Source: Bispira polyomma
Taxonomy: Eukaryota
Length of the DNA stretch: 64,000 nucleotides
Assembly (NCBI GenBank): GCA_965649765.1
Contig: OZ287752.1
Location: 496,001-560,000, forward strand
Direction of reading: 5' to 3'
Numbering within the stretch: the first letter of the stretch is position 1; the number at the start of each line of letters is the position of its first letter. Made by a program: the position numbers and the translations under genes. Below, piece by piece: positions 12,503 through 27,500 of this stretch. The notes beneath the pieces were generated by a model, which was not told where the DNA came from, did no database searches, and was given only the letters and a program-made list of their open reading frames with translations.

Positions 12503-15500
12503 CTAATAAAAACACATTTAAGATAGAATTCCCAACAACAGCATACCATAGCATACTTTAATTAATACTCATAAAAGTAAACATAACAGGTAAGTACATA
12601 GATGTGTCAACAATAGCAAGAGATAACAGGTTGGAAACCCACACAGCAATATAGGGTAGGTGAATCATTTTAACCTAAAATGTCTCATCATGGGCACGCA
12701 TTACAAAAACTGTGAAGTGATTGTATTGATACAAATAAATTTTTGGGTAAAATCTTCCTTTATTTTATCAGTATTTGTGGAGAACTCTGTTACATGATTA
12801 CAGTCATCTCCACGTTCGTATTTGTGTTGTTTTTTATTATCTACTTTTAACATGCTTTATTGATGTGTGGTGTATTCTAAACCGAACCAATTATGTGTTC
12901 TTCAACATAGCCTGGTTGTCATCAGTTGGCAATGACATGTTCACATTTTTCCCAAGAATGTTATCCCACAAATAAATCTCATGGCAATAGTAGCAGTCAA
13001 ACAGACCACCAAAACGACCAGGAGTTGAACAGTTGACGATCAACAGAAGACCATTCAATCACAGGATACTATTGATTCTCCTTTGAGTCAATCTTCTTTG
13101 TTCACTAGTATGAAAAGTCACCCTTTTGATGGGCTCCCCAACTAAGTGATGACTACAACTAGACTCTGGCTATTTTTAAATTATCTGGGATGCTAAAACC
13201 ACCCATCAACTGGCTGAAATAGTCCCAATGTGAAAGATAAATATATACATTTTTCTAACATGTATATATTGTTTTAATCAGGTAGAAATGAAGTCCAACC
13301 ATAATGTTTAAGCATCTGGATCCCAAAAGGAATATTTTTGTGAACGTCCTGAGACTTTATTCTTAGGATCGCCTAAGAATTTGTTACAACGAAAATAAGC
13401 ACTAAAAAAAAATATATTAAAAAAAAAGTCTGACATATTAGTATAACATCATAACTAACTACCTACCCAACATAGTGACCATTATTGTTCTGACTGCCAT
13501 TAAAGTTTTGTTAGTTTTTAACATCGGTTTGAATTGCTTCATTTTTTATCACAAAAGGTCGGAGGTTTTCAGCGTAAATAGCACTGGGTTCCTTCACTGA
13601 TAATCCTGGCCGTCGAGATATGACCAATGCTGTTGAAACCGACGTAAAAACCAAAAAATTTTAAAAATTGTTAACGTTAACACTCCCTGATGAAAACAGA
13701 TGTTAAATACCTTTTTAAGTTTTTTATAATAATAAAAATATGTATATAATCTTTGATTAATTATATTATCTTACTTCATACAAATGATGTAAATTGAAAC
13801 AAAGACCCTGACTAACCTGTACCTGATGTGGTGGGTTTGGCACAACCTTTAAAACAGCCCAGAACAGCGAGGTCTAACAACAGCTCAAAGAATTCAAAGA
13901 ATGAGAGGACAGACAGACCAAACCAGAGACCTACAGCTCCACCTAGGTCAGAGATCAGCTGGTATTCCTGTAAGTATAGAGGTCATACAGATATCAAAAA
14001 TAAATGGTGTTCATCGACCAGAGACCTGAAGCCCTACCTAGGTTAGAGATCAGCTGGTACTCCTGTAATAATGTAAGTAATGCAGATAGATATATTAAAA
14101 ATTAAATAAACTGTGTCTATTAACCTGTCAACCATATGCCACACATTACCCACAAAAACTTATGTCACCTATATTTCATATTTCACTCATCGCATATGTC
14201 ACTTATATAACACCCTCCTCTAACCACATATGTGACCTATATAACACCCACCTCTAAGCACATATATGCCACACTAACTATATATGACACACATCACTCA
14301 CCACATATATGACACACTGACTATTTATGTCACACTTCACTCACCACATATATGCCACACTAACTATATATGATACACTAACTATATATGTCACACATCA
14401 CTTACCACATATGAAGGTTTCTCTATCACTCTCTCCAGATTAAACTCCTTGTAGTAAATATCTAGCTTCAGTAGATTGTCTCTTACACTAAAGTCTGGGT
14501 CCACCTGAAAACCTGGATTGTCTGCCTCCAAATCCTCAAGTACTTTCTCCTAAACATTCGTAAATCAAGCTCCAGGTTTAAAACATATACAAGTCATGCA
14601 CCATTGAATTAAAAAGAACGTTGGAAATATTATTAGTAGTTAATAGTGGGGGGACTTTTGTATGTGTCAGACCTGCCTACCCATTTCACTAAAAGCTTCT
14701 TATAAAATCAAGTAAATGCTGCAGAAATTGTTTTGAAACACTCAAAATGGAAAACAAACCCCTGTATAAATCAAAATGGACTAACATAATAGAAATAAAT
14801 GAGTCTTGTACAATATTTTAGATACTAAAGAATACTTACACAAGGTTAAGATTATGGAGTCTATGTTTATTTATTAATGAGACTCAGAAGGTACCTAGCA
14901 CCTTTTCAGTCTGTGTTTTTTTGTTCCAGAGCTATTGGAAAATGCTAGACAATGGATTAACACAAAACTCAATAATGACATCAAATAAACTAAAGCTGAA
15001 AAAATTCTTGGATATCAAAGTTTTGATAAAAAATTTTGGCCATTAAATTGCATTCTTCTACTTTGTAGATATTATATTTATTGGTGCTCAAAGAAAAAAT
15101 CAAAAGGAAATTAAAGGGAGGCATTTCAAAGAGAAATATGTTTGGGAAATAAAATTTTCTATTCATGAAATGATGGCTACTTTAGCAACAACTTTTTAGT
15201 GGCATTTAGAATCATTAATCTATCTATATTGGTTATGTTGATATATGACTCTAGTGGTGTGTTTTTTCTTTGTTCTAATAAAAGTTAAATATAAATGTAA
15301 AGTCTTACATTATAATTGTTTACTGTGATTTGTTAAATTTAAAAGTATTTGTAATTATATAATCTGCTGGAAACCGAATTCAAGCTTTGTAAACACTCCA
15401 CAAGGAATCAATGAGAGTAATGAGTACTTACTACATGTTTGTCTGAAGGCCACAAGGCAGTAGAGAGATCTGTGATGTAGAAACTGTCACTGAAATAGAC

Positions 15501-18500
15501 CAAAAGTAGAGATGGCTCTCAGTACAGTGCTTACCTTGACCAAGGCCACATAGCGTCAAAAGCTTACCTTTACCAAGCCAACATAGAGTCAAATGCTAAC
15601 CTTTACCAAGCCAACATAGAGTCAAATGCTTACCTTTACCAAGCCAGCATAGAGTCAAATGCTTACCTTTACCAAGCCAGCATAGAGTCAAATGCTTACC
15701 TTTACTAATCCTAGTGACAAACAAACACAACTACCTGGGCAGAAGAAATTAAAAAAGATGGATCTGATATCAAACAGGGATTTAGTATAGACAAAAATGC
15801 ATCTGCTAAAACATACACTATTAAAAACAAAAACACAAAGAAATTTCTTCCTTTAACGAGGTCTTTTTGAATGTGAATGTATGAAGGGTACTAAAGAATC
15901 AATCTATGTTTTGTAATCCGTTAATATAATGTGCAAAGGTAAAAGAGAAATAAACGTCTGTATTTTAATACAAAACCCGTTTTTGAGTAAATTACTTAAC
16001 AATAACACACTAATGTAAATATTACTATTATTTGCTGTTAGTAAGTTTCATAAGACTAAATGACAACTGACCTGCATCTTTGTGGACAGTCACATGACAA
16101 CTGACCAGAAGTGAACTCTTCCTCAACACCTTTGAGGCAGGAAACTGAACACATACAGAAAACAGCTGCAGAAATTGTGTCATTTGTAAAAAGTGTTCAG
16201 GATTTGCTATAGTTTGATTACATTAAGTTGACTTACTAGTGTACACGGATGATCAGTTGTTTTGTACACATATGCTTACATTCCTTGCAAATCTTTGTGA
16301 CACATTTCTTATAAGACCCTTACCGGACCATTTACAACAGCTTTGTATTGATGACAAATGTTCTTTTTATGGGATTCAAAGCTCTATTTCACGTAACTTG
16401 ACTGCTCAAGTTGAACCAAGTAACTCTCATTCCTTAAACTAAAGACACAGATTAGTTAGTAACATGCCCAAGATACTTTCGCAAAGCATATTCATATAAG
16501 ACCACTATTTGATATAATCATCTCTGGACATTTTTACCAACACTTTTAGAATTCCTTTATTTTACACAATCAGATTGTACCATACTCTATCGGCAACCAT
16601 CGAAAACTCGAAATACCGTCCATTGCAGTCCAGAGCCACAATCATAAAATATGATTGGCACTATATATATCAGATTGCAACATTTAGTCATATGACTAAA
16701 ACCGGCAGGACTTAATGATGTCATGGCAAAATTGCATGATATCATTGCATACATTGTGAGGGGGGGGAGGGGGGGGGAGGGGGGGGGGGCGGTTGAAGTG
16801 TTAGGTGGCTTAAAATGTATGGCTTATTATTCTGACAATATGTTATTAAGCTTCACCCGGTACACCAAAGACTAACATGGATTGCAGGCTCAATACAACC
16901 TTTGGTGAGTTTCTTACTCTTAGGCCACGACATATAAACAAGTAAAATCAGTCAAGGCCTGGCTTTGTTTATCGAACCAGCAGGTGCTCACCCTGATCTA
17001 TATCTGTAGATGCACAGGCGGTGAAGTCCCCATCCAGAGCATCTCCAGAAAGGGGATAAAGAGGATCCCCACACCCACACCGGGACACAAGATACTTCTG
17101 GTAGCAAGTCTTTACACAACCCTGCTCACATAAAACATTGTACTACAATTGTTGTTTTCAACATGTGACTCATAAAAAAAGATAATCTATTCTATACAAT
17201 GGATTGTTTTGACAACCCTAGTGAACGATACATAAAATATTGTTTGTACTAAGTAATTCTCACAACCCTTAACAGTTTACTACTGTACTCCACTGGGTAA
17301 TAGTAACATCATCACTTACTGTACTCCACTGGATAATAGTGACATCATCACTTACTGTACTCCACTGGATAATAGTGACATCATCACTTACTGTACTCCA
17401 CTGGATAATAGTGACATCATCACCTACTGTATTCCACTGGATAATAGTGACATCATCACTTACCATACTACTGTACTCAACTGGGTATTAGTGACATCAT
17501 CACTTACTATACTCCACTGGGTAATAGTGACATCATCAATTACTGTACTCCACTGGATAATAGTGACATCATCACTTACTGTACTCCACTGGGTAATAGT
17601 GACATCATCACTTACTGTACTCCACTGGATAATAGACATCATCACTTACTGTACTCCACTAGATAAAAGTGACATCATCACTTACTGTACTCCACTGGAT
17701 AATAGTGACATCATCACTTACTGTACTCCACTGGGTAATAGTGACATCATCACTTACTGTACTCCACTGGGTAATAGTGACATCATCACTTACTGTACTC
17801 CACTGGATAATAGTGACATCATCACTTACTGTACTTCACTGGGTAATAGTAACATCATCACTTACTGTACTCCACTGGATAATAGTGACATCATCACTTA
17901 CTGTACTCCACTGGGTATTAGTGACATCAGCACTTACTGTACTCCACTGGATAATAGTGACATCATCACTTACTGTACTCCACTGGATAATAGTGACATC
18001 ATCACTTACTGTACTCCACTGGGTAATAGTGACATCATCACTTACTGTACTCCACTGGATAATAGTGACATCGTCACTTATTGTACTCCACTGGGTATTA
18101 GTGACATCATCACTTACTGTACTCCACTGGGTAATAGTGACATCATCACTTACTGTACTCCACTGGATAATAGTGACATCATCACTTACTGTACTCCACT
18201 GGGTATTAGTGACATCAGCACCTACTGTACTCCACTGGGTAATAGTAACATCGTCACTAACTCTACCCACTGGGTATTAGTGACATCATCACCTACTGTA
18301 CTCCACTGGATAATAGTGACATTATCACTTACTGTACTCCACTGGATAATAGTGACATCATCACCTACTGTATTCCACTGGATACTAGTGACATCATCAC
18401 TTACCATACTACTGTACTCAACTGGGTTTTAGTGACGTCATCACTTACCATACTACTGTACTCGACTGGGTAGGTCTCGGCAAACACATCCTTCCCTTCG

Positions 18501-21500
18501 CCTGTGTAATCAGTTGTACAGTTGCCATAAGGATGTGATTTCCTCTCCATATCCACCTGTATTTGTAGGGAAAGGAAGAAGTGCCATTACAACGGAATTT
18601 TAATGGATTCCTTAGTTTCTTTGTACTCTAATTCCTTTATTGCAAGTAGCTGAGTGTTTGTACACTCATAGTGAAGTTTTACATTGCAAATTCCAGAATA
18701 GGTACATAATATGCATATTTTACAGTGACATTAAAACATAGAAGTGGTAAAGGTACAATGCCTACTGTCAATGTTTTAGTATACACTTGGCCACCTACAG
18801 GACACACAGACAATATGTACCAGAGCATCCATGTGTATGTTGAGTTGACAACACGATTCAGTTAAAACAAATTACTAAAAATACCATTTTCCTTGATATG
18901 TCAGTATATCGCCTGGCTTTAGACCTGTTGGTGCAGAAAACTTTAGAAAAATATTGTCTAAAGATAGATGTGAGTAATTCGTCATAATCTACAGCTCAAA
19001 GACATGGTTGAATATCGAGTTCAAGAAGTTGGGGTGGAATTTGGATGTTTTATTTTTTGTCAGTGTGAAGGTAGCAAAGGCAAAGAAAACAGCTCTTTTT
19101 GCCACAAGGCGCAGCTTGTCGAACTTACATTAAAAGCTTAGAAAATATTCGGGTTATACCGAGATTTGAATTGGAAAATAAGGGCTTCAAAAAGAGATTT
19201 ACAAAGTTTACTCGGTATACTTATATATTTGCACAAATGTGTCTATCCGGCATGCCTGTTTGTAAACTACATGCTTCAAACTTTGCGTGGTATTAAAAGC
19301 TCTAAACAAATTTACACTGACAAAACTCTTCTGTGGGGACCTTGCTATGCCCATGGACATGGACCCATTCCTAGCATCAATAAAGTGTGTATAATAATAA
19401 TAATTAAGTCGGTGACCACAAACTCACTTTACAGGCCAACAAATAAATGGGTATTTCCTATTGAAGAGGTATAGAATATATATTTGGTGGTTAAATGGCA
19501 TAATGCTAAGCAAGCGGCAAACAAATTGTACAATTTCCACAGTTGAAACACCCAGCTTCGTGTCCGGCATCTTATAAACACTTTCCGAATTGAAGGGGAT
19601 TCACCCTTCTTTGTAATACTAAGTAGATATGGCTTGGTAGCTTTCGTTGCATCGAAAATCAGGAAGACTTTATCAACAGATTTGACTAGATTGCAAATTG
19701 ATTATAAAATATATGGATTCCATGCTTTCAGGCACTCAGAATCTATAATTTCAGGCCCATGGTGGATAGAAGAACCAGGTTATATGGCACTACCAAAAGC
19801 CCACCCCAGAACCAGCAGCTTCCATTGTTAACGTTTTCAAAAAACATATCCGTATAACTTAATTGGTTTTGGGAACTCTTTGTAAATAACTTACAAAACT
19901 AATCTGATAGTGTAACAATCTTAGTTGAATGTTTGAATGTATATTAATAATATACCTCAATGTGGTATTCATTGTGTTATTAATGTTGTTAAATTAGAAT
20001 AAGGTCAATAAATGACTTTTAAGGTTAAGTGTAGATGGAATGGTCAGACCCTGTGAAGGTCGTATGGCTAAAACCAGAACATAGATCTTTACCTCGCAAT
20101 TTTGACTTGTAGATTGCAGAGAATACAGACCGGGGGATAGCTTTTTTATCCTCCTGTGGTGACGTAATTTTTAGTGTGTTATAAGTTTGTATTTGAAGCT
20201 AATGTTTTAAGGTGACAAGTCAGTACCTCTTGTTATATTCTATAGTTTATTCTGGTATATTAGAACTACATACATGCAATAATTATATTTTATAATTGGA
20301 TAATAAAAATAAAACAATGCTCGTTCTCGGATGGTATTGATTTAGAGATAAAATTTTAAAATATGCGTCACTTGGAAAATTTTCCTATTATATTCCATTG
20401 TTTAAAAGATAAGTTTCTGCCCATCAAGTAAAGATATACTTCTGATAAAACTTTCACTTCTAAGTTGGTCAAGTAAAGACTAAACTGTGACAACGCCTGT
20501 TCCCCACCAACCTACAGGCCTACCTGTCTGACACCTATAGAGAGGAGTTGTCCCGGCTGTGCCAGTATACCTAAATCCCGGGGATAGGGCATCATGTTTT
20601 GGGTGTGGAGGACTATACGGGCACCAGCCGGACCTACCAGGAGATCTGTGTACTCTGATTGGTCGACATTGATCATCAGGGACAAGCCTGAAAGGTACAA
20701 AAGTCTTGCAGTCAATTTCAATATTGCTGCTTTTAGGATGCTTTAAATTCTGTTTTGGTGTTAATGTCTTTACAGGTAGGTATTATTTAATGACGGGCAG
20801 TATATTGGTATAGGAAAGAGTAGGTGGTAAAGATTTCTGAGATACAGATGTTTTAGAAGACAAAGAAACGTTAGTTAAAACCATTTTTATCATATAGGTT
20901 TCCACCTAACAAAGTGACTTTTGGGTGTTTACCAAAGCTTTATAAATGACCATAGACAAAAGATGTGAAAACACCAGGGTGAAACGTTTCATTGGTTGTG
21001 TAGTTGATATGGTTGGCCAAGTCCGACCAGGGAGCTGTCAAATTTTGATACCATCTATGAGTCCTTTAATTTTAAGCACTTTATGAAACAATTTAAATTA
21101 ACCAATTTTCGTTCTCCCTGTAAATATAATTTAAATGTGTTCTCTTAATTGTTCTAGTTTTTTTACCATAATCAAATAGCCTACCATATCTCTGTCCAGT
21201 TCTATGCGCTGTAACCGTCTGACGAGTGTTTCCCCAACCTGAGTTGTAAGTGAAACAGTTGCCCAGCAACGGGTCATAGAAATGCTGGAAATCCCTGCAA
21301 ATACCAGATATAACTTTGTGTTGCATAACTAATTACATAGTTCTAAGCAATTTGCATTCTTTCACATTGATTAAAAAACTACACATTTTTTCAGACAGAT
21401 ACTCAGTAGTCTGCAAAACCCTGCCGACAACAAAGGAAAATTGCCTAGATTTACTTTTTTCAAACTGTGTCATGGATTATGCCTTTGCTCATGTCCCATT

Positions 21501-24500
21501 GCTACACCAAATTACATGGTATTTTTTGTGAATTCCAGGTGACAATCAAACCAAGAGAAACAGGTTAACATACGACAAACTTCCTTTACAGAGAAAACTA
21601 GCTAAAATATGACATTTGATGATGAGGTAGTGGACGAAAGGAATGCTTCCGAACAGCATCGTTAACACATCATTTTAGTTTTGAACCTTTTATTTTATCT
21701 TAATCATAAATTCATTATGTCTATTGAAATACACAATTGGTTGTTTAAATATTTTTGTAAAAATAAAAAGAGATTCAAGATTTCAGTTTTGTGAATGATT
21801 TACTGATGCTGATTAGCTGGTTAATTACCCCTTGTTAGCAGCCGTCTTGACTACTGTAACTCTCTTCTGTTCGGAGTAAACAAGTCACACATCAAAAAGC
21901 TCCAGTCCATTCAAAACTACCTATGCAAGGTTGTTTTTCGTCCAGGTTGTCGCACAAACTCCACTCCTTACCACAAAAAACTACACTGGCTGCCCATATT
22001 GCTCTCGTATTTTGTTCAAGATTTACGTTATCACTTTTAAGGCTATAGTCACTTAACAGCCCTCCTACCTTGCTTCCCCTCAATCCTTCAGTAACAGTAA
22101 GAGAGGCAACAGACTGTCTGTTTCTTCGGTCAGACTTTTCAGGAAGGCGGGATCCAGAGCATTCTCCATTGCAGCTCCCTCGTTATAGAACAAACTCCCA
22201 GTTGACCTTAGATCAGTGGATACACTCATCGGTTTTAGGAAAAGCTTTATCTTTTTAACCGTGCCCACCCACCTTAGCTTCTTTGTACATGATCCCACTT
22301 CATTCTTTACAACCTTGCTATGCCCATGGACAATTGGATCAATGATTCTGCTGTTGCGCTTTAGAAGATGCCTGGCATTAATAAAGCGCGTTAACAATTC
22401 ATAATAATAATTTGAATAACAGTTAACGGTAGATTTATATGCAGAGTATAAATTTGAATAGACTACTGTTATAAGTACACATACCTGGCCAGCTCACACA
22501 CTCGCCCTTCATAAGTACAGGACAGAATGAGTTCATTGATCTGGTAACCCATGGCAACTTTGGTGTCCTTCGGGAAAACAATATATATTATTAAGTTGAT
22601 CTATTAAATGTAATCAGCAAGAACAAATTTAGCAGAGAGGGATATCAGTTCAACCAAATCTTTGCATAATACAAGTTCAGATAAGTTCTGAAAACTGGAT
22701 TGGAAAGCCTAAGATCTTCTAGTGAGCTCTACTTCTATAGATTTTGTTAAGCCCCATTATTATTTTTTTTTATTTTTGCCTCAAATAATTAATATATGTT
22801 ACATTTTGTAGAGTACACTATTACAACTGTCTTTAGCTTTGTATCTTATAGTATCCTTTACAGAATAGTAAAAAAAACTTTTTCATGACAATTTTTACTA
22901 AACCTCTTTTAGTGCGGTACTAAAGGCAATTCTGGATGTTGATCACTTTTACCCATGAGCTCTACTATTAGGTGACACAGGAAGTTATGGACTACCCACT
23001 ACCCTGTTGTGAAGAGGATGTTGTACCTGTGTTTCCGTAGACAGAGTTTCTATCACATTTTCCCCCAGCAGAAAGTCATCACTCATTGGATCTGACATAC
23101 AAAAGTCAATATTTCTGCACAATAGTCTTTTGTGATAAATGAAAACTTGAAAATTGCATAGTGCATCCATTATGATTGCAAACCACAGGCTTAAATCATG
23201 TGAAGAAATATCTATATACAGCTTTAATGATTACTGAAATGCAAATATTAATAATACAATAACATGATGTTATACAGCATTAAACGGTTTTCAGCAGCCC
23301 AACATGACATAATATCGGCTAATTGGCGTTAAAGCCCAAAGGTTAAAACACTTGTGATGGAAGGCCTGTGTAAATTGATAAGGGGGTTGTCTGGCGAGAT
23401 ATAAAAATTGTAATGTTGTCATACATTACAATTTTGAAGTACGTTATTATCTTTACTGACCTTCCTCAGGCAGTCTATACTCAATACTAGTGTTTACAGG
23501 ATCTGTCACTATAGAAACAGTAGTTGTTGGCTCTGTTGAAGTGGACATGGCTGTAAAGATATCAATTTAAAGTGATGATTTAAACAGTTAGTCTTGCATA
23601 CGTAATACGTAAGTACACATTTTTAGGTAGATCTAATTGTTTGCTTTTTCAAAGACAGCATTGGATACACAAAATAAACTCCTGTAAACTTACGTTACTG
23701 TACACGATTAGCATGTGCACAACTATGTGGTGGGAGTATCGACTATAATTGATGTCATAATGGCAGATACTACCTGGCTACCTACGGATGTGAGATGAGA
23801 AATTGAATTGAAAAAGAAAACTCTGAACCTATTTTCTGCGATGAGCCTACTTGGCTCTTTAACTTTCTCTGCTCGAGGGCGCTTTTATGGTAGCAACACT
23901 TGTTATGGTTTATGGAGTGTCACTTTGCAACAAAACACTGCCTTAGAGGATATCATATTATTAACTGGGCAATTTAGAAGCTATCATATTCTAACTATTA
24001 CTGTAAATAATAATAAAAGGCTATTTTTAGATTGTGAATATCCCCTTTACCTTCACAGGTCACTACATTCCCTTCCCAAGTACCAACCGCCAAGCTCCGC
24101 CCACCAATACACACCAGTGTATGATTGACAGCTCCATCAGAAAACTGGTACCCTGTGTCACATGTGTAAGTAAGCACCCAGCAGGCAGTACTATTGTCCA
24201 CGGAAACCAGTGTGTTCAGGTAAGCAGGAATATTAGGGCAAAGGGCACCAGCTGAAGAAAATATACACCATATATACACAGTCTTTATAGGTTCTGGCTT
24301 TAATTGGTAGAAACATGTCATTGAAATTTGTGTTCACTGTATTTACTTTCGTTCTTAAGCTATGCCATGGAGGTTATGTTTTTACCTGTGTCTCTTGGTT
24401 TGTTTCTTTTTCACAAAAACTATTAAGTGAAATTTTATTTATATGTAACACCATTCTTTTGATGTACTTATAAATATAAATACTATGTAACATATTGACA

Positions 24501-27500
24501 TTAAAAAGGTATTACAGTGACATAAACAACAACAACTAACCTGATTAATATATCATAAATGTCCCATTCAACTATAGTGCCTTATTATTTGATATAATCT
24601 AACTTAAGCCCTAAAAAGTTAACAAACAGTTCTCGTCCTACCAATGCTAAGGTAATAATACTGCCCACTCTCTTTCGAGATATGTTATATATTTAGATTA
24701 TAGATACTTTCCAGAACTAGCTTAGGAGGAAATACTCCAAATTACACACATTACTCACCTATGTTGACAAATCTTAAATACCAAGTTCAGCACTCAGCAC
24801 CGAGTTTAACCATTTTTAGGGTTATTTCATAAGCTCTTATTAATATAAAAAGCTATATTCACTATCTATATACCACAAATTTAACTAAATTTAATTCCTT
24901 AATTGTTTAACATTGGTTACTGAAGCAATGTTTTTCCTGAATAGTGACTGACCTGTGGCATCTCAGAACTGGTTGGAAGCTATGGGCAGAAATTCGCATT
25001 AAGTCTAGAGTTCGGGCTCTTGTGCTCCCGTTTTGTATTTGGGGTTGATTCGGATAACGAATCCCTGAATATTGGTGTATTTATGACATTATTGGTGTGT
25101 CCAGCTTACCCGTCTATCAAAATAAGTTTTGCTTTCGACATTTGCATACAAATTTGTTGCAATACCTACTAATCCTCAGAGATCGTAAGCTTTTTACACA
25201 ATTAGCTTCCGCCTAATATTGACTGAGATGCACATTTTAAAAGCCTTTAGCCTTTTCCATCTGTAAATATGTAAAGCTACTTTTGAAATGTTTTTTTTCT
25301 GAACTTTCTGAACTAACTTCGCCAGGCTTTGCATGGTCACCTCGTCAGTTCATATTGATACACTTAAACTGTTTGTGGAACAAAATTATTCCCATCCTAA
25401 ACCACTACTGCACATACTCCTACTGTAATCAGTTGTGCTGCTGTGTATACGATAAAACCTAGTGACGTCATCATCACGCACAACATTACTATCACCTAAT
25501 AACGTGGAGATCCTGATACTATAATTTATCACACTAGTATAAACCCACGTGGGCTTCAGTTTTCACTAGTACCCCCCCCCCCCCCTCTTTTTTACTCACA
25601 CATTATATGAGGGCAGTTTGATTTTGTAAATAGATACTAGTGCTGGGTTTACACATAAAAGACTGATCTCATTCACATAGTGGAAGCATAATGACTTCAT
25701 ACATGGTGGATAAGGATAAAATACAAAGACGTGTGAGCCAATTATTATTCACTGACGTGTAGCGGTAGAGAGAGTTTCTTTATTAAAATATCTGTTCAAC
25801 ATTAATTTTGACAAACTACTTAAAAATATTGTACAGGTATACCATCCATGCAAAGTGTCTTATTTGTGTTATATTATTTTGATGCTGCACTCATTTGCAT
25901 GAAAAGAGTAATAATCAGTATCAATTCATAACCCACCTATTTTAAGCTATTTAAAACTCAGTATTACATACAATATTCACCTATCTTGGAGACAGATTCA
26001 ATGGTTGCTGCAGTGAAAAACTCTCCACTCGAATACTCCCCTGGACACAAACTGCTCCACTCCCCATCTGTGCTGTAATATGGAGCATCAAATACAAGCC
26101 AGGCACTGGGGCCTGAAACACATGAAAATAAAACACAGGATGCAAGCCACTGGAGTTGGAAATAAAGGGGAAATAAATGTACTGGGGTCTGAATACAGGG
26201 GAAATAGAGCACATACACGGTACTGGGGTCTGAATATAGGGGAAATAGAACACATACACAGTACTGGGGTCTGAATACAGGGGCAAATAGAGCACATACA
26301 CGGTACTGGGGTCTGAATATAGGGGAAATAGAACACATACACAGTACTGGGGTCTGAATATAGGGGAAATAGAACACATACACAGTACTGGGGTCTGAAT
26401 ACAGGGGAAATAGAACACATACACATTACTGGGGTCTGAATACAGGGGAAATAGAGCACATACACGGTACTGGGGTCTGAATATAGGGGAAATAGAACAC
26501 ATACACAGTGTTGGGGTCTGAATGCAGGGGAAATAGAACACATACACAGTACTGGGGTTTGAATATAGAGGAATTAAAATACCTACACAGTACTGGGGTC
26601 TGAAATATACAGGGGCCGCGGTAGCCTAGTGGTTAGCAAGCATTGCGCTTTACACTCACTGGTCTCTCACCGCGTTCGAATCCTGTCAATGCCTATGTGG
26701 GAGAGGTGGTAGATCCTTACAATGGGCCACTTGTTTTGGTGCAGAACTGTTTTCAGTGATTTTCAGTTTTCAGTGAACTGTTTTCAGTGATTCCTCCAGC
26801 GTTTCCAACTACCGGTCCCAATATAACCTAAACAGGTACTAGAGTGGATTTTAAATATCCAAATTCAATTCAATTCAAGTCTGAAATATACAGGAACTAA
26901 AATACCTACGAGGTACTGGGCCTGAAAAGAAAGACAGTCAAATCAAGGAAACCTAGAATGCCAAAATAATTTTAAATTGCATGCACAAATATTAAGCAGA
27001 TACCAAACAGGTCTGCAAACAAATAGTTAGGTATTAATTGTTCACCATTTAATGTGTCCATGAAACAGGCGAAATACTCAAATGCCACCTAGAAACTAGG
27101 GTCTGAGAATTAGACACCAAATAAGTTTAAAACAAGGAAGAAAGCTAGAATATGCAAAATTCAGAAATGGGCCCTAGGAAAAACTCTATTACATACATGT
27201 GTAATCAACCAGATGCTTATACCTGAAATTGGAAGTAAAATGTCGGAGCACATATCGGGTAATCCAAACAGAGACAAAAAGCGTAGAAAATGAGCAAATG
27301 TTACAGACACCCACTAAACTCACTGATATTTGTTATCGCACTGACCGATTTTGTCTGACCTTATAGTATTATTACATCCTTATCTTGACAGCTGGATGAT
27401 CAGCCTAGCTTACATCCATAAAACAAATGTTATGGTAAAGGTCAGTGATCATTATTGGTGACCTGTTTGTGTCACTTCAGATCCTGGGAGAGTAGTATCT

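Noticed and set aside
13686-13710. CTGATGA as a hammerhead ribozyme core
   Set aside because: No stem II followed by GAAA and no flanking stems were found.
16758-16792. Poly-G tract as a regulatory G-quadruplex (also C tracts at 63270-63420)
   Set aside because: Simple homopolymer runs with no evidence of function.
17269-18432. Long repetitive ORFs (up to 313 aa) on both strands; array superficially CRISPR-like
   Set aside because: These are translations of a 36-bp intronic minisatellite. There are no unique spacers and no cas genes, and the context is eukaryotic.
23690-23781. Candidate exon between exons 10 and 11
   Set aside because: In-frame TAG in the required phase.
24953-25064. Possible extra exon (GIRYPNQPQIQNGST...) faintly resembling a Sushi start
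   Set aside because: At 112 nt it would shift the frame, and it lacks the first Cys. At most a dead exon.
26612-26690. tRNA-like sequence with A and B boxes (also at 48973 and 51271)
   Set aside because: It continues into a shared SINE body with tail and TSD, so it is not a tRNA gene.
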